Part shown: positions 26,454 to 35,233 of the stretch, in pieces
Position numbering within the stretch: position 1 is the first letter of the stretch
How the letters are laid out: each line of letters starts with the position of its first letter
Source of the DNA: an uncultured bacterium
Lineage (GTDB): Bacteria; Caldisericota; Caldisericia; JAAYUI01
DNA length: 64,000 bases
Direction of reading: 5' to 3'
Assembly: GCA_965370295.1 (NCBI GenBank)
Contig: CBDUSO010000004.1
Location: forward strand, 3,477-67,476
Made by a program: the position numbers and the translations under genes
The notes under the pieces: model-generated
Database searches by the model: none
The model's input: the letters and a program-made list of their open reading frames with translations, nothing else
What the model was told of the DNA's origin: nothing

Positions 26454-27791
26454 ATGAAATCGAAATATATAACACATACATTTTTTGAAGGAAAACATTA
26501 CCTGCACAGTGCTCTCTCTGGAGCACTATGTGGTTTTGATAATGAATCATACAAAAAAGTGACACAGATTATAGATGCTGATAACAGGACACTTGATCCT
26601 GAGCTTTACGATGACCTGGTAAAAAGTGAATTTATTGTCGAAAGTAATAATGCAGAATTAGAGTTCATCAAGCAGAGAAGAAGAACAATACTAAATGATA
26701 ATATTGGTTCCACCTTGTTTATTTCTATTGCCCCTACTCTCGACTGCAACTTCAGATGTAATTACTGTTACCAAACATTTGAGGAGACGATTGAACGTGA
26801 TAAAACGTATATGACCAGAGAGACGCAAGACTCCATCATAAACTTTGCGAAGAATAACAAAGACAAATTTGACAAAGTTTCACTGAGCTGGTATGGAGGT
26901 GAACCTCTGCTCTCTATAGGTGTAATCAAATATATTTCTAACTCTCTTAGAGACGAATTCGGTGATGGTTTCTTTGGTGGCGGCATTGTAACAAATGGCA
27001 GTTTGCTAACCCCAGAAGTCGTTGAAACACTGTTTTCCTGCAGAATAAAAGGTGCACAAGTTACAATCGATGGGAATAGAGAAACACACAATAAAAGTAG
27101 ACCCTTTTCAAATGGAGCTGGGAGTTACGATTTGATAATGAATAACATCCAGAAGGCAGTAGAAAAGGGATTTAGTATTCATGTCAGAGTTAATTACAAC
27201 ATAGATAGCCACAAAGTATTTTACGATGTATTGAATGACCTGAAAGAGAAAGGATTAGACAAGAATAATGTATCTGTATCAATTGCTTTGATCAGAGAAA
27301 ATTCCTGTGAAAGGGTTAATTGCTCTGAGTGTAGCACAGAAGATAACAATGAAACAGAAATACAATCAAAGCAAATTATTGAATTTTACAAAGCTTGTCT
27401 GGATTATGGGTTTCTTTCTTCAATAAAAGCACCAAAACCATTTGCAGGTTACTGCATGTTTATTCAAAACAATGATTTCAATATTACACCGTCTGGTCTT
27501 GTGGCCCCCTGTCTTGAAGATATAGGAGATCCAAGCATCAAAACTAGTGTTGGTAATATTAACACTGACTTGGAAAATATTCTTGAACTCAGGAAAGTAT
27601 TTTCTGCAAAGTATTCTGAACTTGTCGATATCCCACCCTCTTGCACTGATTGCCATGTTCTTCCACTTTGTCTCTGTGAATGCCCAAAAGACAGAATCGG
27701 TCATTCAAGCTTCAAAAAAGCATCTCGATGTGTTTATTACAAGTATAACTTGCATGAGCTAACAAAGATACTAGTCAGGAAACATAAATAA
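26454..27791 (+). CDS. Radical SAM / SPASM-domain peptide-modifying maturase
   Basis: The CxxxCxxC motif is at residues 98-105 (DCNFRCNYC), after a ~95-aa N-terminal extension that could be an RRE. The C-terminal motif CTDCHVLPLCLCEC fits the SPASM pattern CX2CX5CX3C, and further Cys are present (CERVNCSEC, APC). Confidence 0.88.
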   Translation: MKSKYITHTFFEGKHYLHSALSGALCGFDNESYKKVTQIIDADNRTLDPELYDDLVKSEFIVESNNAELEFIKQRRRTILNDNIGSTLFISIAPTLDCNFRCNYCYQTFEETIERDKTYMTRETQDSIINFAKNNKDKFDKVSLSWYGGEPLLSIGVIKYISNSLRDEFGDGFFGGGIVTNGSLLTPEVVETLFSCRIKGAQVTIDGNRETHNKSRPFSNGAGSYDLIMNNIQKAVEKGFSIHVRVNYNIDSHKVFYDVLNDLKEKGLDKNNVSVSIALIRENSCERVNCSECSTEDNNETEIQSKQIIEFYKACLDYGFLSSIKAPKPFAGYCMFIQNNDFNITPSGLVAPCLEDIGDPSIKTSVGNINTDLENILELRKVFSAKYSELVDIPPSCTDCHVLPLCLCECPKDRIGHSSFKKASRCVYYKYNLHELTKILVRKHK

Positions 27792-27837
27792 TTAGAAACT
27801 AATTCTATAATTATTTAGAATAAAAATATCAAACAAC

Positions 27838-27866
27838 TTTACTATCCCAACAAAAGACTATATAAT
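27838..27866 (+). promoter_or_regulatory. Possible promoter TTTACT-17 nt-TATAAT upstream of the GT2 gene
   Basis: TTTACT lies at 27838-27843 and TATAAT at 27861-27866, about 40 nt before the ATG at 27906. Confidence 0.3.
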
Positions 27867-27905
27867 AGAACACAAATGACAAAAATAATCGGTGAAAAAT
27901 AATCG

Positions 27906-29864
27906 ATGCTGACAACCCTATACACCCTTGCAATCATCGCATACATCTACTCCTTTGTGCTGTTTGTCAGGTTTTTTGTATGGAGAAGAATTTCCTGGGC
28001 AAAGCATTGGCGAAGAAAAGTAAAAATCTCACTTGACCAGATAAGGTCAATTGCCAGAAGCCAGGGCAGGTCGCTCCCATTTTTCACAGTGCTTGTTCCA
28101 GCAAGAGATGAATCCAAAGTCATCAAAAGAACAATCGAAAACCTTCTCAAGCTGGATTACCCAAGAGGGCTGTTCCAAATAATTATTGTGACGGACGAAA
28201 AAGAAAGAATTTCAAGAAACGAAAATAAATCCTCGATAATCTCTGAACTCAAAAATCTGCTAGGCGGAAAACTGGAGACACACCCATCAAAAGATGGGAG
28301 AGAGCTTCTGCTTGCCTGGCTTGTTGAAATCCTCCCAATCGGAAAACTCCTGCATCTTGCCATCTCGCTTGACACAAGAATCCAAAGAAACACCTTCAGC
28401 ACCGAGATGAGGCAGTTTCTTTTCGGGTTCATGACAACCCTCGCGGAGGGCAAACCAGCCGATGTCAGCAACATTCTTTATTTTCTCAGACGAAGTATTC
28501 CAGACAGCACCGACCGCGAGCTTGAAGAAATCATTATCGAAATAACCATGCTCACAAGGCTAATTGCTCGTGGAGTTGGCAGGATTTCCGACGGTCAGGA
28601 AAACGCTCTTCAAAAGAGAACCCACCATATCAGCACCCAGATAAGGCGTTTCCCAAAGCGACACATCGTAAGTCGCATTTCCGAATTTGACACAGAGGTG
28701 GTCTCAAAAAGACGAAACAGAGCAAATCTGGATTATCTGTTCGACCGATATTTCCTCACAACCCAACAGGTTGTGGAGGAATGCAAAAACCGATTTGAGG
28801 GTGAAGGATTCCAGATCACACACGCCGAAGTTCCCTACGATTTTGACGGAAAAATGGGAGGAAAATGTACCGGCTCAAGTGTCCGCTCAACCAAAGGAAG
28901 AGCCTTAAACTACGCCTTCGGTCTGGTAAATCCGCAATGCGACATGGTCTCATTCTTTGACGCAGAGTCCCACCCCGACCACGACATAATGCTCCACCTG
29001 GCAAGATGGTTGCTTCGAGATACCCCGCCAGACATTCTCCAGGGTCCACTCTTCCAAGTCAGAAATTATTACCGAATGGGAATTCTCTCTCGAATCGGCG
29101 GACTCTACAAAGCAATCTCCCACGACTGGTATCTCCCGCTCATGTTTTCCAACCTGCCTTTTGTTGGCGGAACAAATCTGCACATCAGCTGGGATTTACT
29201 CGGGAAAATGAAGGGTTTTGACGACACCTCCCTGACCGAAGACCTGGAATTCGGATGCCGTGCATTCCTCTACTTCGGCATAAAACTGGATTTTCTGACT
29301 GTCAAATCCACCGAACAGACCCCGCCAACAATGGGGCAGTATTTTCGACAGAGGCTCCGCTGGGCTTCCGGTCATCTTCAGGTTATCAGAAGAATCCGAG
29401 AATACCCAAGAATAAAAAACGCTGTCGGAGATGTTTCAGATTTCAAGCACCGTGCAAACCACCTCTGGCGAAACCTAATCCTGGTTGGTCCTCTCGAATG
29501 GATCGTTTACCAGCTCTCCACCATCATAGTTTTAATGATGGGCATCATCCTGATTGCAAATCTTTTTGGAGCCCTCATCCCCGGATCATTTTTTGCCAAC
29601 AATCCAATCCTCCGCTGGTTTCTCATCGGTCTGAACGTCCCATATCTATTATTTACTTTTTATTGTTACCTGAGGTATGATGAGGTCTTCGACAACACAT
29701 TCCGCCCGCTGTCCGTATTTGCCGGACTGCTGGACATTGCAAAGCTCTTCATTGCTAGCTTTATTGTGTTTTTGTTGCCTGCTCCATACACATGGTCGGT
29801 TATTTTGGCACTCATCGGGAAGGCTCCTAAAACTTGGGTAAAAACTCCTAGGACTTCCGAGTGA
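27906..29864 (+). CDS. Membrane-bound family-2 glycosyltransferase (processive, QxxRW type) with a large internal insertion
   Basis: It has FFTVLVPARDESKVIKRTIENLLKLDYP, FFDAESHPDHD and FRQRLRWASG motifs. There is one N-terminal TM segment and several C-terminal ones. About 230 aa separate IIIVTDEKE from TKGRALNYAF. Confidence 0.82.
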   Translation: MLTTLYTLAIIAYIYSFVLFVRFFVWRRISWAKHWRRKVKISLDQIRSIARSQGRSLPFFTVLVPARDESKVIKRTIENLLKLDYPRGLFQIIIVTDEKERISRNENKSSIISELKNLLGGKLETHPSKDGRELLLAWLVEILPIGKLLHLAISLDTRIQRNTFSTEMRQFLFGFMTTLAEGKPADVSNILYFLRRSIPDSTDRELEEIIIEITMLTRLIARGVGRISDGQENALQKRTHHISTQIRRFPKRHIVSRISEFDTEVVSKRRNRANLDYLFDRYFLTTQQVVEECKNRFEGEGFQITHAEVPYDFDGKMGGKCTGSSVRSTKGRALNYAFGLVNPQCDMVSFFDAESHPDHDIMLHLARWLLRDTPPDILQGPLFQVRNYYRMGILSRIGGLYKAISHDWYLPLMFSNLPFVGGTNLHISWDLLGKMKGFDDTSLTEDLEFGCRAFLYFGIKLDFLTVKSTEQTPPTMGQYFRQRLRWASGHLQVIRRIREYPRIKNAVGDVSDFKHRANHLWRNLILVGPLEWIVYQLSTIIVLMMGIILIANLFGALIPGSFFANNPILRWFLIGLNVPYLLFTFYCYLRYDEVFDNTFRPLSVFAGLLDIAKLFIASFIVFLLPAPYTWSVILALIGKAPKTWVKTPRTSE

Positions 29865-29904
29865 GTTCATTGCAATACTGTACAGGATACGATAGAATTA
29901 GGGC

Positions 29905-31518
29905 ATGATCGATATAGAAAAGCTTAAAGAACTAATAGATTGTGAAGAATCTGAAAACCTTGAATTCAAGGAAGCTAAAAATAATTTCAGCACAAGTGAA
30001 GTCAGGAAATATTGTTGTGTTCTTGCAAACATGAAGGGAGGTTACCTAATTCTAGGCGTCAAAGAAAAACCTAGAGAAATAATTGGTTCTCAAGTCTTCA
30101 ATGGGGTAAAGAGTTTTGGAGATTTAAAACGAGATATTCTCAACGAAATGCAAATTAGAATTGAGATTGGAGAGTATTTTCTCAATTCTAAAAGACTAGT
30201 TGTATTCGAAGTACCTTCACGCCCAAAGGGGATAATAATTAGGGCTGGTGGCAAATATTTATGGAGAGTAGGAGATTCAATTCAAGCAATGCCACTCGAC
30301 ATTATAAAAGAAATAATATTCAAAGAATCAATAACTGATTTTTCAGCTGAAATAATCGAGAATGCCAGCATGGATGATTTGGATAAAGACTCTTTTTTAA
30401 AGTTTATGTCACACTCCGAAATTGAAGATAAGCTCTGGAGACCAGGTAATGTTTCTTTTCAGGATTACCTTAAAAGCATCGATCTGATAACATCGAACAA
30501 CAAAATAACAATTGCTGTACTTACAATGTTTGGGTGCAAAGATTCAATAAGACGATTTCTACCACAAGCTGAAACCATAGTAGAGTACCGTAGGGATTCC
30601 AAATCAATAGGATCCGATAATAGAATTGAGTACCACTACGGTTTCATGGGCTATCTTGATATAATAAACGATGGGATATCAAGTTTCACCGGTAGTATCT
30701 CGTATAGCTCTGGATTGTTTAGAAGAACGCTTGATGTCTTCAATAAAGTTGTGCTAAGAGAAGCGTTGCTGAACGCTTTTTGCCATAGGGACTATTCAGA
30801 TGGTAGATCAATAGATATCAAAGTTTCTACAAAAGAATTGACAATTGACAGCCCAGGTGGCTTCCCCAATGGAATAACAGCTGATAATATTATTATCCGA
30901 CACAACTCCAGAAATAGACTTATTGCAGAGTCCCTACAGAGGTGGGGGTTAGTTGAAAGAGCAGGACAAGGTTTTGACAAGATGTGGAAGAGTTCAATTC
31001 TAGAAGCAAAATATGGTCCAGATGTTTCAAATACGACTGATAATTTATTTTCCCTCAAACTGAATGGATCAATTATTGATGAATCATTGCTCAAATATAT
31101 GGAAAAGAAGAGTGGCACTCTGCAAAGTATCTCTTTGCAACAATTGATTGCAATTCATAGTATAGCAATTGGAGCGAAACCTCGTATCCAAACAAGGGAG
31201 CTCAATGAGCTTTTGAAAAACAACTTGATCGAAAAAAAAGGTGTTGGTAGAGGTACAAAATACCATCTTCCAAAACAATTCTTTGCAAGCAATAACAATA
31301 GAGGTACTTACACCAGGCTAAAGGGTCTATCCGATAGAACCAATAAAGAATTAATCCTAAAACATATCGACAATTTTAGAAAAGCAAACATTCAAGAACT
31401 GGAAGATGCTTTAGGGATTAAAAGAAGAAGAATCCATACGCTTTTAAATTCATTAAGAGCTGACGGATTGATCAAGTTCGAAGGATCCAAAAGAAGCGGA
31501 GTGTGGATAAAATGTTAA
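29905..31518 (+). CDS. AlbA_2 (Schlafen-type) domain protein with a HATPase_c_4-like domain and a C-terminal wHTH-like region
   Basis: The N-terminus reads ESENLEFKEAKNNFS...ANMKGGYLILGV. The middle region reads REALLNAFCHRDY...NRLIAESLQRWGLVERAGQGFDKM. Such proteins are often mis-annotated as RecG-like. Confidence 0.72.
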   Translation: MIDIEKLKELIDCEESENLEFKEAKNNFSTSEVRKYCCVLANMKGGYLILGVKEKPREIIGSQVFNGVKSFGDLKRDILNEMQIRIEIGEYFLNSKRLVVFEVPSRPKGIIIRAGGKYLWRVGDSIQAMPLDIIKEIIFKESITDFSAEIIENASMDDLDKDSFLKFMSHSEIEDKLWRPGNVSFQDYLKSIDLITSNNKITIAVLTMFGCKDSIRRFLPQAETIVEYRRDSKSIGSDNRIEYHYGFMGYLDIINDGISSFTGSISYSSGLFRRTLDVFNKVVLREALLNAFCHRDYSDGRSIDIKVSTKELTIDSPGGFPNGITADNIIIRHNSRNRLIAESLQRWGLVERAGQGFDKMWKSSILEAKYGPDVSNTTDNLFSLKLNGSIIDESLLKYMEKKSGTLQSISLQQLIAIHSIAIGAKPRIQTRELNELLKNNLIEKKGVGRGTKYHLPKQFFASNNNRGTYTRLKGLSDRTNKELILKHIDNFRKANIQELEDALGIKRRRIHTLLNSLRADGLIKFEGSKRSGVWIKC

Positions 31519-31621
31519 TAACCAGTATAAACTTTATACTTATATAGATGCTATAAACACCGCTCTGACCAGCAATAATTGACTTTATACACAAATTTCA
31601 TCCAAAAGTTTATACATTTAC

Positions 31622-33232
31622 CTATTTACCTGGGTAGGTGATAGTAAAATTACCATTCTCAAATTCAATATCAGCACCCATCACATCTGCCAGGGAGCGG
31701 GCAGAGACCATCATGTGGTCACTTGTAATTTTTGAATTGCGGTAGAGGGTTTCAGAAAATCCGTTCACGAGGGTATCTCTTGAGTTTGCGGTGAAGGTGG
31801 CGGTTCTTCCGGGGAGGTCGATTGTGGCGGTTTTTGTGGTGGGGTTCCAGAGGACTTTTCCATCGCAGGATTCCACAATGAAACGAAGTGGAACCATGAG
31901 GCGGTCGCCTTCGAGCCTTGGGGTTATGGGCATCACAGCGGATTTTATGTTTCCGTTGTCGTCTTCAACCGTGCAGGAGGTCTCACCAACTCTTCCTCGG
32001 ATTATTGGGCAGGGGAGGTAATAAACGTAGAGCGTGAGGCGGGAAGCGTGGGTGGTGCCGGGGATGTAGTACCTGATACTGACTCGTTTGAGCTCGCGTT
32101 TTCCGGATTTTGAAACTGGGATATTTATTTTGACATTGATAGAGCCACCGGGCTGAAGATATTCGATTGGACTTCCAAGTCTGCCGTGGGATGTTGTGGC
32201 ATAAACCTTGACAGATTCAGAACCATTCCAGTGGAGCTTGGTAGTGAGTGTTTTCCCACCAGTTTTGCAGATTACAGAATATCCGGATTTGCCCCTCATT
32301 GGTCTGGAATTTGCTGGTATGTCGAGTGTGAGCAATCTTTCTTTTGAAACGATGAGTTGTCCGTCTCGTGCTGAATTCTTTGAAACCTGAGCATCCCAGG
32401 TGGATTTATCGGAAATATTGCCGGTGGGGTCGCTTGGATTTTCTGCTGTCCAGCTGGTGTTATCAAAATCTGTGCCTATTTTTGTTTTGCCAGCCTTGCC
32501 TGGGGGGTTGCCATCTCCACCACTTCCAGCGGTTACTGAGCCTGTTCCAGTAAAAGTCTGGCAGGCGATCAGAACATCTCCACCAGTAGAATTTGCTTTG
32601 CCATTTCCAGCCTGGATTGTTCCGTCATTGTTTATTTCCATGTTTGAGAAAATTGCCACGTTTGAAGTTTTACTATTTATGTTCCCGGTGTTGTCCATCT
32701 CGTGGCATCTAATCATCAAGATTCCTGAAGCCGAAATTTCACCACTATTTGTGAACCCATCCATGGACATTATATTCAGTTTTTTTTCAGAGATTATTTT
32801 TCCTGTGTTTTCAATTTTTTGCACAAATAAATTTAGAGGGATGTCGCTTGTAAAAGTTCCCTTGTTTGTGAATTTTCCAACACATCTGATTTTTGAGTTT
32901 GCTTTGAAACTTCCACCCATTGAAATTGTCATCGAGTTCACGCGGAGTTCTTCGGTTCCAGTCAAGATTTTTCCCTCAACAGTCAGCGTTGCAATTGAAC
33001 AAAAATCAGGCATCTGAGCGGTATATCCCACAGGGATTACAACATTATCATCATCCCCCGGGCCACCATCTGCGGGAAGGTTTGGATTCCATGAGGTAGC
33101 TTTGTCCCAACTGCCACCCGTGAATGTGTAGGTGATTCCCTCTGGGGCTTTGTCACCTGCAAATGCAGTGTTTACACCAGCCGTTGTCGCAACCATCAGC
33201 ACACATAAAATAATCAGAATCCAGTTTCTCAT
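31622..33232 (-). CDS. Secreted beta-helix-like repeat protein with a C-terminal copper-amine-oxidase-N-terminal-like (CAO-N) domain
   Basis: The start was trimmed to MRNWILIILCVLMVATTAGVNTAFAG, a signal peptide. NxG-rich repeats read FTNKGTF, IENTGKI, FTNSGEI, MDNTGNI and INNDGTI. The C-terminus reads MVPLRFIVESCDGKVLWNPTTKTATI ... MVSARSLADVMGADIEFENGNFTI. Confidence 0.6.
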   Translation of the reverse strand: MRNWILIILCVLMVATTAGVNTAFAGDKAPEGITYTFTGGSWDKATSWNPNLPADGGPGDDDNVVIPVGYTAQMPDFCSIATLTVEGKILTGTEELRVNSMTISMGGSFKANSKIRCVGKFTNKGTFTSDIPLNLFVQKIENTGKIISEKKLNIMSMDGFTNSGEISASGILMIRCHEMDNTGNINSKTSNVAIFSNMEINNDGTIQAGNGKANSTGGDVLIACQTFTGTGSVTAGSGGDGNPPGKAGKTKIGTDFDNTSWTAENPSDPTGNISDKSTWDAQVSKNSARDGQLIVSKERLLTLDIPANSRPMRGKSGYSVICKTGGKTLTTKLHWNGSESVKVYATTSHGRLGSPIEYLQPGGSINVKINIPVSKSGKRELKRVSIRYYIPGTTHASRLTLYVYYLPCPIIRGRVGETSCTVEDDNGNIKSAVMPITPRLEGDRLMVPLRFIVESCDGKVLWNPTTKTATIDLPGRTATFTANSRDTLVNGFSETLYRNSKITSDHMMVSARSLADVMGADIEFENGNFTITYPGK

Positions 33233-33336
33233 ACCGGGAGTCCATTGTACTGAAAAGTTTTTGAAAATCCAGTCCTTGGGTTTTATCTTAGGAACATCAA
33301 GTTGCTTTATGGTTACACTTGTGTATACTTCCATTT

Positions 33337-34839
33337 ATGAAAACAACAATGGAAAACATTGAACAACACTTTGATAAAATCCGAAAGAAAATTGGGAAAG
33401 ATGAATGGGATAATGTTCTTTTTTCTAAACCAATGAACCATGAACAACACAATGATATACTGAAGGAATTTTATCAAAATGAACAATATCTTCTGGCTCT
33501 TGAAAATATTTCAAATTCACCAGATATTAGCTTTGCTTCAAAAGAAGCAGGTATTCGATGGAAAAATAATTTCCTGACAAAAAAGGTTGATTTTACAAAA
33601 GAAATAAACGAATTTGAAAAATACATCAATGAGTTCGAAGAAAAAGCCAAGTTTAAAATCTTGGATGAAGAAATAAAAATTCGAAAACTCTATAGCTATT
33701 ATTATAATCAAAATCCAAATAAACCAGAGAGAAATAAAATCGCTGAAAAGCTGATGGAGAAGCATTTTAACGTGATGACAAAATACCGTGAAAAGCTCCA
33801 TCGAATGAAACGGGATACTGGAAATACTCAAGGCATAAATTATTTTGAATTGAAGTGTGGAATCACTGGTTTTTCTTCAAAAACAATACTGGAATTCATC
33901 AGAATTGCAATCGAAGAAAGCAAACAGGAAGCTCTAGAATATGAGAGCTGGATGAAAGCAAACTACAACCATAGTCAAAATGGAGGATCATGCAAAAAGC
34001 TTGATTCCGAAGTAAATCCCATATTTAAGCCAATTGATTGTGTAAGCTCTATGAGAGATGTTTTTTCTGACATTGGATTATTGAAAGGCTTCAACAAAAT
34101 CAATTTTTTCAAAAAAGAGGATTACAAAAATAGTGCTGGTTATTGCACATACGAAACGTATGAAGCACCAGAGAATGTGAAAATGTTTATTCCACAAATG
34201 TCGCCAAGTGGAATGTTTGACACACTTTATCACGAAGTTGGACATGCCGTTCAGAATACTGCATATTCAAATCCATACTGGATATTTTCTGAAAACATGG
34301 TTACAGATGATGAAATTTGCTCATCACTTGTGCAGTTAATTTATCTCCAGCCTGAATGGATAAAAAGATTTATTGGAACTTCTGATAAAAAAATAATCGA
34401 GAAAATCAAATACAGCTCGATTATTTCAAATATTCCCTGGATTGTGATAAATTCCTGTCTCGGATTCCAGGCTTTGGATTTGTGTTACAACTCAAATTCC
34501 GATATAATTTCTGAGTACAACAAGATTCATAACTCTGCATATTCCTACAAAAATTCAACAAATGAAACAGTTTCATTTGTGACATCTCTTGCATTTGGTG
34601 GGAGTGGTTTCAAGGGTGTGAACTATGCGACCGGATATGTCATTGCAAACTTTTTGATGAAACTTCTGAGGGCAAATTGTGATTCGATTTTTGACAAAAC
34701 GATGGGGGAATACATCAAGGAATTTGCTCGTAGTGGGAATCTTTATCCTACCTCAGAAATTCTTGGAAGAATTATTGAAAAAACAGATAACAAAATAAAG
34801 ATTCCAGAATCGATAGAGGTGCTATTGGCTGATTGTTAG
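33337..34839 (+). CDS. Putative zinc metallopeptidase (HExxH; possibly M3-like)
   Basis: The only clear motif is LYHEVGHAVQ. The ORF-track start at 33319 is a TTG. ATGs at 33337 and 33349 are alternative starts. Confidence 0.5.
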   Translation: MKTTMENIEQHFDKIRKKIGKDEWDNVLFSKPMNHEQHNDILKEFYQNEQYLLALENISNSPDISFASKEAGIRWKNNFLTKKVDFTKEINEFEKYINEFEEKAKFKILDEEIKIRKLYSYYYNQNPNKPERNKIAEKLMEKHFNVMTKYREKLHRMKRDTGNTQGINYFELKCGITGFSSKTILEFIRIAIEESKQEALEYESWMKANYNHSQNGGSCKKLDSEVNPIFKPIDCVSSMRDVFSDIGLLKGFNKINFFKKEDYKNSAGYCTYETYEAPENVKMFIPQMSPSGMFDTLYHEVGHAVQNTAYSNPYWIFSENMVTDDEICSSLVQLIYLQPEWIKRFIGTSDKKIIEKIKYSSIISNIPWIVINSCLGFQALDLCYNSNSDIISEYNKIHNSAYSYKNSTNETVSFVTSLAFGGSGFKGVNYATGYVIANFLMKLLRANCDSIFDKTMGEYIKEFARSGNLYPTSEILGRIIEKTDNKIKIPESIEVLLADC

Positions 34840-34857
34840 TGTATAGGTAAAACCACT

Positions 34858-35009
34858 GTCATTCCTGGCTTGACCAGGAATCCAGGATACTATAAAAGCG
34901 TGTGAACATCGGTGAAAGACGATAATTTTGACTGGTTGGATAATTGTTGTTTTCCTGTTTTATGTGTGATTTTATAAATCCCCTGGATTCCCGATTTCTC
35001 GGGAATGAC
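34858..35009 (-). repeat. Composite hairpin-bounded element, copy F (complete)
   Basis: The hairpin gtcattccTGGcttgaCCAggaatccaggatac is followed by the core ...gataattttgactggttggataattgttgttttcctgttttatgtgtgattttataaatcc. It ends in the hairpin cctggattccCGAtttctCGGgaatgac. Confidence 0.8.
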
Positions 35010-35086
35010 AAGAGGAGAATGTCAGCCATAGCTGACATCTACAACTACGATACAAAATCTACGGAAACAAGAAAAGGAGGTTTGAT

Positions 35087-35117
35087 CCCCTGGATTCCGC
35101 ATCAAGTGCGGAATGAC
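35087..35117 (+). repeat. Solo hairpin module
   Basis: cccctggattccGCAtcaagTGCggaatgac. Confidence 0.75.
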
Positions 35118-35153
35118 AGAGGAAGTAGTATGAGATAACGGAGCTGGAGCTCT

Positions 35154-35206
35154 CAACCCCCCAGATTTTCTTGACAGAAAATCTGACCCCCTTCACAAAA
35201 GGGGGT
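35154..35206. repeat. Partial copy (left inverted repeat plus the first two hairpins) of the 105-bp element found inside the methylase gene
   Basis: caaccccccagattttcttgacagaaaatctgacccccttcacaaaagggggt matches 3670-3719 apart from loop differences. It lies just downstream of the minus-strand membrane gene, where its GC hairpin followed by AUUUUCU could act as a terminator. Confidence 0.6.
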
Positions 35207-35233
35207 CTTTTGACCATCATTTGGCTAGCTCAA

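Noticed and set aside
31525-31541. The A/T-only palindrome agtataaa-c-tttatact and three nearby (c/g)tttatac motifs, between the convergent AlbA_2 gene and the beta-helix protein gene.
   Set aside because: The stem is short and contains only A-T pairs, so it has little predicted stability, and it is easily produced by chance in AT-rich spacers. Evidence is too weak to call a terminator or binding-site array.
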